The notes below the pieces were generated by a model, which was not told the origin of the DNA, did not search any database, and saw only the letters and a program-made list of their open reading frames with translations. From a virus (taxonomy: Duplodnaviria; Heunggongvirae; Uroviricota; Caudoviricetes), in IMG/VR virus record IMGVR_UViG_2684622669_000021, positions 1 through 33,583 of that record: 33,583 nt of DNA; one strand, written 5' to 3'. The translations under genes were made by a program, and so were the position numbers. Positions 1-8,698 of the stretch are shown here, one piece after another (position 1 is the stretch's first letter; each line of letters begins with the position of its first letter).

Positions 1-432
1 CAGTTTTTCTCCGTTATCACAGCGGAACTCGAACCCGTCAGAGCACCATCGCTGATTGCTTTCTTTCACGGCCACTCTGCCTGTATGTGCCCGTTTCGAT
101 GGCGGTACAGCAGGTTTTCGCTCAAGCAACAGCGCATTCTGGCGCATGATCCGGTAAACACGTTTGGCATTGATCGCAGGCATACCATCAAGTTCTGCCT
201 GTCTGCGAAGCAGCGCCCATACCCGACGATAACCATACGTGGGCAGCTCCCCGATAACATGGTGTATACGGAGAAGCACATCCGTATCATCAGTGTGACG
301 ACTGCGGCGGCCATCCATCCAGTCATCGGTTCGTCTGAGAATGACGTGCAACTGCGCACGCGACACCCGGAGACAACGGCTGACTAAGCTTACTCCCCAT
401 CCCCGGGCAATAAGGGCGCGTGCGCTATCCAC
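1..432 (-). CDS. insD: IS2 transposase OrfB (InsD, DDE catalytic subunit), truncated by window edge
   Basis: An open minus-strand frame to position 1 translates ...[99 protein letters not shown]..., matching IS2 InsD. It is absent from the ORF track because it has no in-window stop. Confidence 0.85.
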
Positions 433-755
433 TTTTTTGCCCGTCCATATTCAACGGCTTCTTTGAGGAGTTCATTTTCCATCGTTTTCTTGCCGAGCAG
501 GCGCTGGAGTTCTTTAATCTGCTTCATTGCGGCAGCAAGTTCAGAGGCAGGAACAACCTGTTCTCCGGCGGCCACAGCAGTAAGACTTCCTTCCTGGTAT
601 TGCTTACGCCAGAGAAATAACTGGCTGGCTGCTACACCATGTTGCCGGGCAACGAGGGAGACCGTCATCCCCGGTTCAAAGCTCTGCTGAACAATTGCGA
701 TCTTTTCCTGTGTGGTACGCCGTCTGCGTTTCTCCGGCCCTAAGACATCAATCAT
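390..755 (-). CDS. insC: IS2 transposase OrfA (InsC), HTH DNA-binding subunit
   Basis: Translation [56 protein letters not shown]... recognised as IS2 InsC. The track ORF 390..800 carries a 15-aa extension; the ATG at 753-755 is the likely start. Confidence 0.85.
432..438 (-). other. A6G slippery heptamer, candidate -1 programmed frameshift site joining InsC and InsD
   Basis: Minus-strand AAAAAAG (plus-strand CTTTTTT at 432-438) lies in the orfA/orfB overlap. This is the IS3-family frameshift motif. Confidence 0.6.
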
Positions 756-896
756 CTGTTCTCCAATGACTAGTCTAAAAACTAGTATTAAGACTATCAC
801 TTAAATAAGTGATACTGGTTGTCTGGAGATTCAGGGGGCCAGTCTAAACCCACCAAAAATTATCACACTCAAAATAATTAAAAACACAACACTTCC

Positions 897-3371
897 TTAT
901 TGCGGAGTGACATCCTGAGGTCGCCACCAGTATGTCTGGTTAAACTCTTTCTTCGAACGTTGCTCCATTTTACGCAAATAACCTGGTGAAAAATACTCCT
1001 GCATCTGGTTAAAGATCATGTGATCGAGAGCCGCCTTTAAGTACCAGAGATTCGCACCTGGCATCAGACCTTTCCCCAGCTTGACCAGATCACCACCAGT
1101 CTGCTCATTCTTCCCTTCCACAGCATTTAACGGTATGCCCTGAGCAATCTTCACTACGTCATCAACCAGACCAGCTACCGGGCCAAGCATCGACGCCAGC
1201 GCGCCGCTTCCGTACCTAGTGTGATCTGACAATAAAAAGTCACCGTAAAGGCCAAGACCACCACCTTTCAGTAGAGCACCAAGCCAAAATTTAGCAGCAT
1301 CTTCTCCTGTCATCTCACGAGGATTACGACCAGACGCAAGGTCGTTAAGTTGCTGCGACAAAGCGCCAAGAATGGTCGTACTGGCAATAAACGTCGCAAT
1401 ATATGCCGCACGCCCACCAGCAGACGGCATACCCATAGCGCGTGACCAGTGACGCATAACCACCGAGATAGGGAACGATTTAAACAGGAAAACACTTCTC
1501 GTTAATTCACCTTTCCATGTTCCACGCTGAATACCAGAACCGGTTATCAGTTGCTCACGTGCTCCCGGTGTAATAACAGCCATATCAACTTCTTCAGTTA
1601 CGGCACCGAGCAGTTTACGCATTGCCTCAAATTTCACGCGTTCAGGCTCACCAAGATGTTTAACTGCTGAATCAGGGATACGCATAATGCTTTCCGGTGT
1701 CAGCATCGTATTATTACCGTTCCCCCAGTCCTCCTGTTGCGCCAGCTTCCATACTCTCCAGTCTGTGTCAGTAATTCCTTTGCTTTTCAGGATACGAAAA
1801 TCAGAGTCATCGAGGCTACGAAGGTCTGGTGTCCGTGACACTACTTCTCCCAGGCTTCCCATCATGGTTACGCCATAGGCGCGCTTGTGTGCATCTGACC
1901 ATGCTGTAAGCCCACTGGCACGCATTACCGCCGTTGCCGCCCAGCGAGACACTGACGGCCCCATATTATCCATCGCCCAGCGGTTAACGCTGCCAAGTAG
2001 AGATTCCATCGCCAGACCAGCGCGGCGCGCCCGCGCAAGTTCTGTACGGTTCGTTGGGTCCATAGCTTCAAGCTGGTTGCGGAATAACTGGTTCATTGGA
2101 AGGTTGGTAACCTTCGCAGACAGATACATGGTTCCAAGATCAGAGAACGATGACAGCAACGCGGATCCGAGTCTGCTGGCAACCAGCCAGTTGCGGATAT
2201 TGTCAGACCATCGCGCGATGTGCGGATTTGCTACAGGCTGTGTCTTTCCGGAAATAAAGTTGTACAGATTCTCTGTGTTGTTCGCCAGCCGCTCGACTTT
2301 ACCGGTTTTACTCGGGTTAGCTGTTGCCGTTTCTGCCTTCACCTGATCAAGAAGAGAGCGGAAAACATGATCTGGGTTTGGGCCATATGTTTCCACCAGT
2401 GCAATATCTTTACTGATACCTTCCAGGTGACCGACCATGATTTCCCATAGAGAGCGATCGCCATAAAGTTGCTGATATTGCAGATAGGAATCTGCATCTT
2501 TGAAATGTATCTGTCGTGATGCATTACCACGGTTAGCACGTGCGCCGGAAATTCGCATTCCGGTATCAGTAAGCTTATTCAGCCCACCAGTAGCGATCGT
2601 GTTATAAGCCTCTCCAAGAAATGCAGACAACTCGGCATCGTTCATCAGTTGTCCATCGGCTCGGATATAATATTTGCGATCCAGCTTACCTATAACATCG
2701 CTAACCCACTTATCCTTTGATACCGCCCCAACCTTTTCCATAGAATGATGTTGAGGGATCCCCCAGTTTTCGAGATAGCCAATGTCCCCGCCAGCATCAT
2801 TAAACCGGCGGCGCAGTAGCTCTGTCACTTCTCTCCACGCCTTAGCACCTTTTCTTGCTTTAGCATTGCCAGTATTTTGCCCTCGCATTTCATATACCAG
2901 GTCACGCACGCCAGCTTCATCTTCAAACAGGCCAAAAAAGCGAGGATCAACTGCTTCAAATGCCTCTTGCAATTGACTCAATGCATAATCACGAGTGGCT
3001 TTTGTTCTGGACTCAACAGAGAGGAAATTCGATTTACCGTCTGCATTAAAAGCAATAGTACGGTTAAGAGCGCCAAGTTTCCCATCAGCCCCTTGATAGC
3101 TATTGATAAATTTATCCAATCTCTGACGTGCGGCTATAGTGAGGGCCACACGACGTTTCTTTAATGCCGCTTCTCGCTGTAATTCTTCAGATGCCAATTG
3201 TGCTGCACGATATAGCCGCTCTGATTCGGAAAGTTGTCTCCACGACATCGGGTCATCACGAGCAATGGAGCGCATATTTCGATAAATGCGGTCTTCAATG
3301 TTCTGTATTTCTCGCGCCGTTAACGCGCGCTGCGCCGCCTGCTGGACCGCTTGTATACATTCCTGTCTCAT
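897..3371 (-). CDS. Large virion protein, putative internal/DNA-ejection protein (824 aa); last gene of the virion operon in this window
   Basis: 824-aa ORF whose start lies 5 nt downstream of the preceding gene's stop. Position after the other large virion proteins matches the gp15/gp16-type internal proteins of short-tailed phages. No tail tube, sheath or chaperone genes are nearby, so a tape-measure role is unlikely. Confidence 0.45.
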   Translation of the reverse strand: MRQECIQAVQQAAQRALTAREIQNIEDRIYRNMRSIARDDPMSWRQLSESERLYRAAQLASEELQREAALKKRRVALTIAARQRLDKFINSYQGADGKLGALNRTIAFNADGKSNFLSVESRTKATRDYALSQLQEAFEAVDPRFFGLFEDEAGVRDLVYEMRGQNTGNAKARKGAKAWREVTELLRRRFNDAGGDIGYLENWGIPQHHSMEKVGAVSKDKWVSDVIGKLDRKYYIRADGQLMNDAELSAFLGEAYNTIATGGLNKLTDTGMRISGARANRGNASRQIHFKDADSYLQYQQLYGDRSLWEIMVGHLEGISKDIALVETYGPNPDHVFRSLLDQVKAETATANPSKTGKVERLANNTENLYNFISGKTQPVANPHIARWSDNIRNWLVASRLGSALLSSFSDLGTMYLSAKVTNLPMNQLFRNQLEAMDPTNRTELARARRAGLAMESLLGSVNRWAMDNMGPSVSRWAATAVMRASGLTAWSDAHKRAYGVTMMGSLGEVVSRTPDLRSLDDSDFRILKSKGITDTDWRVWKLAQQEDWGNGNNTMLTPESIMRIPDSAVKHLGEPERVKFEAMRKLLGAVTEEVDMAVITPGAREQLITGSGIQRGTWKGELTRSVFLFKSFPISVVMRHWSRAMGMPSAGGRAAYIATFIASTTILGALSQQLNDLASGRNPREMTGEDAAKFWLGALLKGGGLGLYGDFLLSDHTRYGSGALASMLGPVAGLVDDVVKIAQGIPLNAVEGKNEQTGGDLVKLGKGLMPGANLWYLKAALDHMIFNQMQEYFSPGYLRKMEQRSKKEFNQTYWWRPQDVTPQ

Positions 3372-3376
3372 TTAAT

Positions 3377-5179
3377 TTAACCTCTCAAGAAACACGCCAC
3401 AGCGACATCAAACAGGCTGGAATCCTGTATTGCCTGCTCACTTTCCCTGTTCGCTTCATCCAGTACTTCACGCGCACTGCGCGATTGTGGATTACCATCA
3501 TCATCCAGCATGGTGATTATCATGTCAGGTGATTCAAGCAGCGAGTCTTCAGCTATGCGCAGATCAATATCTCCTGCCTGATCTGACATCATTTTTTGTT
3601 CTGTCTGTTGCAATATCTTACCGGGCTCAAAAGGAGCTACTTCGTCTGGCGTCCTGACCTCTGCTGTTTTATAGAATGAAACAGCCTGAGCATTAAGTTC
3701 ACTTTCTGCCTGCTGTCGCCGTGCCAGTTCTGCTCGAGCTTCAAAAAACTGACCGCCAGGCTCATGCGGTGCCAACGCGTTACGGGAAAATTCCAGGCGT
3801 TCTTGTGCCTGCCGGATTCGTTGGTCAATATCGCGAAGTCTGGCCTGTTTATCTGATCGAGCACGAGATAAAGCCTTACCGCTACCGGTTGGCTCTTCTG
3901 CAAGAATTTGTGCGCGCTGTTCAGTGAGATTTTCAATAATTCGTTGGCTATTAGCGATTTCAGACTGGTAAACCTGTCTATCGCCACGCGGCAAAAGCTG
4001 CGCGGCCTGTTCTTCAAGCAACAGATTTTCTATAGCGCGCGCCGTTACTTCATCATCTACAGATGACAGAGCCTCATTAACTGCCTGAGACAGCAGACTC
4101 TTGCGCCCAGGGATTTCACTGAAAGATGCAGACTCAACAATGCTGGCAACGTCTACAGGTCTCCCCTGGCTAACATCAGACATGGCTTTTCGCAGAGCCT
4201 GAATGTGCGAATTACGCGAAAGCACGTTGATCGGCACGCCGGGAGCAATATCAATTTCAGCATGATGAGCGGCATTCGCCGCCAGTGCAGCATCGATATC
4301 AACTGGTGAAAAATTTGGTGCGCTTGTAGACTCGCCGCGAGAGTTAATAAATCTGCCGACACCACCAAACGCCACCCCAAGAACAGCATCAATAGCAATT
4401 GCCTGTCGATCCAACACATCATACTGGTTAGCCATTTCGCTATAGCCACCATCACGAAGCGTTTTTGCAGTAAGCCCACGCTGTGCCATACCGAACGCAA
4501 TATTTGTACCTGCGGCATAGGCAATATCTGGCGTTGCACGTACTGCTGTTGCTGCGGCGCGTCGCACTGAACTTTCACCCGTCCGCGCAAGCTGAGCCGC
4601 CACACCTTCCGCCAGCGCACCACCAGCACGTAACCCGAGGCTCATAGGGATCAGTGTTCCGGCACCAGCAGTAATACCCTGCACTAATCCCGCTTCCTGC
4701 GCCGTCCTGAAATCAACACCCTGTGCTGTCAGCCGTTCAAACTCAGAAAAACCCTGTAGAGAAGTTACCGCCGCAGCACCTCCGACCGGACCACCGAGCG
4801 TTGTACCGACAACAGCCTGCCCGCCCATATCGAACAACCCATAAAGGACCTGCCCGGCGGTTCCGGTTGTCGCGGCATCAGGCGTCAGCCGCTTAACCTG
4901 CTGCTCTGCTAGTTTTCTCTGCTCAGCAATGTATGAAACTGAAGTGTCATTGAGCGAGGTGTTTTCGTTAACAAACTGAGCAATCGGGGATACGATTTTA
5001 TCCATCCCTGCCCAGAGCAACTGATCTGGCTTTGCCACCAGCCCGGAGTACAAACCAGACAATGCCGCTCCTACAGCATTGTCGAAAAAACCAACATCGC
5101 TGTTAAAGCCAGCTGGATTTGATGCTGCTTCGTCAAGCTGCTGATTCTGGTTTACTGGATTAAGGCCAAAGTAACTCAT
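3377..5179 (-). CDS. Putative internal virion/ejection protein (600 aa), Gly/Ala-rich N-terminal half with a coiled-coil C-terminal half
   Basis: ATGA start/stop overlap with the upstream gene. Gly/Ala-rich stretches (GTTLGGPVGGAAAVTSLQG..., GITAGAGTLIPMSLGLRAGGALAEGVAAQ) followed by a charged helical region. Confidence 0.45.
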   Translation of the reverse strand: MSYFGLNPVNQNQQLDEAASNPAGFNSDVGFFDNAVGAALSGLYSGLVAKPDQLLWAGMDKIVSPIAQFVNENTSLNDTSVSYIAEQRKLAEQQVKRLTPDAATTGTAGQVLYGLFDMGGQAVVGTTLGGPVGGAAAVTSLQGFSEFERLTAQGVDFRTAQEAGLVQGITAGAGTLIPMSLGLRAGGALAEGVAAQLARTGESSVRRAAATAVRATPDIAYAAGTNIAFGMAQRGLTAKTLRDGGYSEMANQYDVLDRQAIAIDAVLGVAFGGVGRFINSRGESTSAPNFSPVDIDAALAANAAHHAEIDIAPGVPINVLSRNSHIQALRKAMSDVSQGRPVDVASIVESASFSEIPGRKSLLSQAVNEALSSVDDEVTARAIENLLLEEQAAQLLPRGDRQVYQSEIANSQRIIENLTEQRAQILAEEPTGSGKALSRARSDKQARLRDIDQRIRQAQERLEFSRNALAPHEPGGQFFEARAELARRQQAESELNAQAVSFYKTAEVRTPDEVAPFEPGKILQQTEQKMMSDQAGDIDLRIAEDSLLESPDMIITMLDDDGNPQSRSAREVLDEANRESEQAIQDSSLFDVAVACFLRG

Positions 5180-7689
5180 TGCGGAATATCTCCGGAGAAT
5201 CTCTGACGCTTCTGTGTCAGATCAAGAACAACGGGAGAACCATCATCTTTTAGCAGATAACCAGTACCAAGTTTCACCAGGTACTGACTATCGCCGTAAC
5301 TTTGCAAACCATACTGACCAGGCGGTGTTTTTATCCCTGTGCCAACAACTTGTTCATTCCAAGCCTGATTAACCTGCTTATCGAATTGCTCTGCAGACAT
5401 TCCCCACGGCAAAAGAACATTCCCCATTCCGTTATAGTCATGCACGCCACCTGTAGCTACGTTAACAGCCTGTTTCCAGATATCATTGTCAATTTCGCCT
5501 GATACCACGCCTTTTTTCGCCATCACACCAGCGTAATAGTCCTTTGCGATCTCGTATGCCATTGATGCCCCCTGAGCATCACCAGCAAATGCATCCTTCA
5601 CCATGTCAGAAAACTCAAGGCGAAGATCAGCATCTTTAGGCATCGGAATACCTTTCGCGTCATCAGTACCTTTACGAGCCGCCGCGCCAGCAAGAATTGT
5701 CTGCGCAGCGGTTTCAGGAGACACGGAAACATCCGGATTAAACCAGTTTTTTTCTGCCAAAATACCACCTGGCTTATCCATCAGTATCCCGGCAACGGCA
5801 GCAGATGGAGCGTTGGCACTGATCTGCTGTAGTGCTGACATATACACCTGCCCACCACCAGTGCTCTGCCTGATGGTATCGAGATATGCTGCCTGTTGGG
5901 AAACGGGCGCATCACGAAAGAAAACACCGATCTGATTGGCCTCGTCTTTGGAAAAGAACGTCAGTGGAGTGCCATATGACTTAGCAAGGTCACTGACCTG
6001 AGCAGCACGCAAGGCAACGCTCTGTCCAAAGTTATCCTTATTGCTCATGTCGATAGGCTTTGCCTGTCCGGCGGCAAGAGAGAACTGTACAGGATCAGCC
6101 TGTCGCTGCTTTATCACCTGACTTGCAGCCGACACAACGTTGTCATAAAGAGCGGCTCGTGCCGCATAACCCTCCCCTGTCTCACCAGTATCCGGGCGTA
6201 ATTTCTCAACATATGCTGTAATGCTGCTTGTCGGCATGTTGCGGAAAGAGCCTATATACTGTCCGGCGATTTGCGTATTTCTGAACTCGGTATATCGCAG
6301 GTTTCCTTCTCTGACTCCATAAGCTGCAATAAAATCAGCCTCACCAGGTGGGTTAGGAAATTCAACGCCACGCATATACGCAGCTGTCGCATCGCGAACC
6401 TGGCTGTCAATCATCGTTTTATATTCAGCCTGCTGCTGCCGACGCAGTTGATCCGCCTGTCGCATAAAACTTGCCTGCGCCTCAGGAGATGCCGCATCGA
6501 ATGCTGCATTACCGGTATAGCGTTTGGTGTTGGTTGGAATTGTTGATAAACCAAGTGCTGCACTGACACCAGCAGTTAACTGCTGATCACTGTATGGCTG
6601 GCTACCGTTCTCATGATGGATAATGGCTGCACAAAGCGCCTTCAGGGTATCAGGATTAGATGCATCGAGAGGCTCATCAGCAGAAACGCCAAGTTGTTCG
6701 CACACTGCTTTGATATACGACATAGTGTCATTTTTATCAGTAGGCGGTGCCCAGCGATTAATTATCTCGCTGACTGTATCAATACCCTGCCGCTGATACG
6801 ACATCAGGTTCCGCCCTAATGCACGAATCCCGTGTTCAGGTGTTTCGAATTTAGCAAATCGACCATCATCACCGGTCTGGCCTACCCACGGATTAGTTTT
6901 GCTGTATTCGAGATTTCCTGGGTTATTGTTGCGTATGCCACGGGCACGATCGGAAGAGTCACTATCTGCTACAGCACGGCGAGCTCCAGCAGCAGTATCA
7001 CTTAACTCGCCATTACTTTGGATGAATGCGGTCGCATTGTTTGCCGACCACTGGGACAATGCGGCATCAGCAACCTTCTCTTTAAACTCTATTTTCTTGG
7101 CCTGGATTTGCTCGTCGCTCCAGCCATGCGCAATGCCGTAATCCTCAATTTGCTGGAAAGTTTGCTTATTAGCCAATACGTATGCGGCGTTGTCGCCATA
7201 CAATGCTGCGGCATTTTTACCATTGTTCAGCAGCGTCGCCTGAAACTGACCTTCTTCGTAGGCATTAATTTGCCCTATCTCGTGCCGCCCGGCCTGCGTA
7301 GTGAACTGAATGCGCTGCTGCTGCGCCTGCTGCATGAAAGCATTACGAGCCTGTTCATCCGGCAGCGACACAGCCAGTTGTTCGACCTGAGCATCAAACT
7401 GCTGCGTATACTCCTGACCTTTTCCAATAGCATTTTTCCCTTTCAGGTTAAGCAATCCTGTTTCAGGATTATTCAGCAGATCACTGCTTATCTGACTGAG
7501 GTTAAGAGATGCCTCCTGAGCCAGAGCGATATTGGCACGCTGTTTTGCCTGACCAAAAACATCAATTGCCTCTGTCCCTGCCCGAACAAAAGCATCACCA
7601 ATACCTGGCTGAGAAAACGTCTGCAAGCCTGCTGACTGAACTCCACGGCTCTGAACCTGACGGCCGGATACTGTTGGTACGACTGGCAT
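5176..7689 (-). CDS. Putative internal virion protein (837 aa) with a conserved central domain that may be cell-wall degrading
   Basis: Start reassigned to the ATG at 7687-7689 (MPVVPTVSGRQ...), which overlaps the upstream stop as TAATG and follows a GGAGGA RBS. Central segment GIRNNNPGNLEYSKTNPWVGQTGDDGRFAKFETPEHGIRALGRNLMSYQRQG looks enzyme-like; a muralytic role is inferred, not shown. Confidence 0.45.
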   Translation of the reverse strand: MPVVPTVSGRQVQSRGVQSAGLQTFSQPGIGDAFVRAGTEAIDVFGQAKQRANIALAQEASLNLSQISSDLLNNPETGLLNLKGKNAIGKGQEYTQQFDAQVEQLAVSLPDEQARNAFMQQAQQQRIQFTTQAGRHEIGQINAYEEGQFQATLLNNGKNAAALYGDNAAYVLANKQTFQQIEDYGIAHGWSDEQIQAKKIEFKEKVADAALSQWSANNATAFIQSNGELSDTAAGARRAVADSDSSDRARGIRNNNPGNLEYSKTNPWVGQTGDDGRFAKFETPEHGIRALGRNLMSYQRQGIDTVSEIINRWAPPTDKNDTMSYIKAVCEQLGVSADEPLDASNPDTLKALCAAIIHHENGSQPYSDQQLTAGVSAALGLSTIPTNTKRYTGNAAFDAASPEAQASFMRQADQLRRQQQAEYKTMIDSQVRDATAAYMRGVEFPNPPGEADFIAAYGVREGNLRYTEFRNTQIAGQYIGSFRNMPTSSITAYVEKLRPDTGETGEGYAARAALYDNVVSAASQVIKQRQADPVQFSLAAGQAKPIDMSNKDNFGQSVALRAAQVSDLAKSYGTPLTFFSKDEANQIGVFFRDAPVSQQAAYLDTIRQSTGGGQVYMSALQQISANAPSAAVAGILMDKPGGILAEKNWFNPDVSVSPETAAQTILAGAAARKGTDDAKGIPMPKDADLRLEFSDMVKDAFAGDAQGASMAYEIAKDYYAGVMAKKGVVSGEIDNDIWKQAVNVATGGVHDYNGMGNVLLPWGMSAEQFDKQVNQAWNEQVVGTGIKTPPGQYGLQSYGDSQYLVKLGTGYLLKDDGSPVVLDLTQKRQRFSGDIPQ

Positions 7690-8234
7690 TATAATCCTCC
7701 GGGTAATCTGGTTCCTGCTGCTGCCCCGATTGGCGCAGGGGTGCTTTGAGTAAACGGACTCCACGTCCCACCAAACATCTGGTACGCACCGTATGCCTTC
7801 AGAGGCGCAGTGAGCAATGTTGTTGCTGCTCCCACATTCCCCTGTTTACGGGCTGAACTGGCTTCTGCTTTATAGTTGGTAGCCTGAACCTGATAACCGT
7901 AAGCCTCGCGTTGCGCGTTATTCACCGTCGTCAGCGCATCAAGAGCGCCAAACTGAGCAGTGTCACCAAATATATCCAGCGCGTTACCGGTAGATAAATC
8001 AGCGCCGGTAGCCCCCATTGTCGCCGCTTGTGTGCCAAGCCGCTGCCGGGTCTCTCTGCGCCGTTGCTCAGCTTCAGCGTTACCTCTGTTTATTGCATCA
8101 TTTGCCTGAGCAGTGGCTATATCTGCGTTCGCTTCTGCAACCTTCGAGGCATACTTTCCCTGTTGGTACTGGGTGTATGCCTGAATGCCACTCATGGCAA
8201 GCATTGCGCCACCAGCAATAACCGGATCACACAT
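7689..8234 (-). CDS. Putative internal virion protein (181 aa), gp14-like by position
   Basis: TAATG overlap with the upstream gene. Size and position between the tail-tubular-like genes and the large internal proteins. Confidence 0.4.
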   Translation of the reverse strand: MCDPVIAGGAMLAMSGIQAYTQYQQGKYASKVAEANADIATAQANDAINRGNAEAEQRRRETRQRLGTQAATMGATGADLSTGNALDIFGDTAQFGALDALTTVNNAQREAYGYQVQATNYKAEASSARKQGNVGAATTLLTAPLKAYGAYQMFGGTWSPFTQSTPAPIGAAAGTRLPGGL

Positions 8235-8698
8235 TATTTTCTCTCCATGTGAAATCTGTGGAAATTAAGACCAAGAGCACCATAAGGCGCGGCTTCTTCA
8301 AGCCTGAATCCAAGCCAGTGCAGCCATGCTTTGGCAACATGGTTTCGCTCGTCGACGTAGTTTTCCAGGCGCGGATAAACTGCCAGCATCTGCTGCAATA
8401 CAGGGCGGCAGTGGCGCAGAAATGTCTTCTGATATTTTTCAATACGGCTGGTCCCGACCAGCCAGGGCGTACCATTGCCACCGATCATTGACGCCGGAGA
8501 TACGCCAAACATGGTTACCAGTTCTCCGTTCGCGAACCCTGACCAGGCCATAGTCGCAGTGCGCAGACCAACACGCAGCGCATCTTCGGTAGTCATCAGC
8601 GATACCGCATACAGTTCGTCAATATCAGCCTGACGAACATCCGGCAAAATCATCTGAAGATGCTCTTCGGTAGCGGGAATAATTTGAACATCGATCAT
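8234..8698 (-). CDS. Virion-associated protein (154 aa), gp13-like by position
   Basis: TGATG overlap with the upstream gene. Compact 154-aa ORF within the coupled operon. Confidence 0.35.
   Translation of the reverse strand: MIDVQIIPATEEHLQMILPDVRQADIDELYAVSLMTTEDALRVGLRTATMAWSGFANGELVTMFGVSPASMIGGNGTPWLVGTSRIEKYQKTFLRHCRPVLQQMLAVYPRLENYVDERNHVAKAWLHWLGFRLEEAAPYGALGLNFHRFHMERK

Larger units (their letters stand above)
1..846 (-). mobile_element. IS2 (IS3 family) insertion sequence, partial; distal ~0.5 kb lies beyond the window start
   Basis: Terminal sequence at 806-846 ends ...CTGGAGATTCAGGGGGCCAGTCTA, the reverse complement of the IS2 end TAGACTGGCCCCCTGAATCTCCAG. Contains InsC and the 5' part of InsD in the IS3-family orfA/orfB arrangement with an A6G slippery site. 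Confidence 0.9.

Noticed and set aside
66-387. Track ORFs 66..359 (-) and 85..387 (+) inside IS2
   Set aside because: Both are out of frame or antisense to the recognisable InsD reading frame, which is open from about 432 to position 1 and translates to the IS2 OrfB sequence.
897-3371. Tape measure protein interpretation of the 824-aa gene
   Set aside because: No major tail, tail tube, sheath or tail assembly chaperone genes are nearby. The upstream genes fit an internal/ejection protein series.
7018-7635. 205-aa plus-strand ORF
   Set aside because: Fully embedded antisense to the 837-aa virion gene. It has no RBS and a Leu/Ile/Cys-rich translation typical of an antisense artefact.
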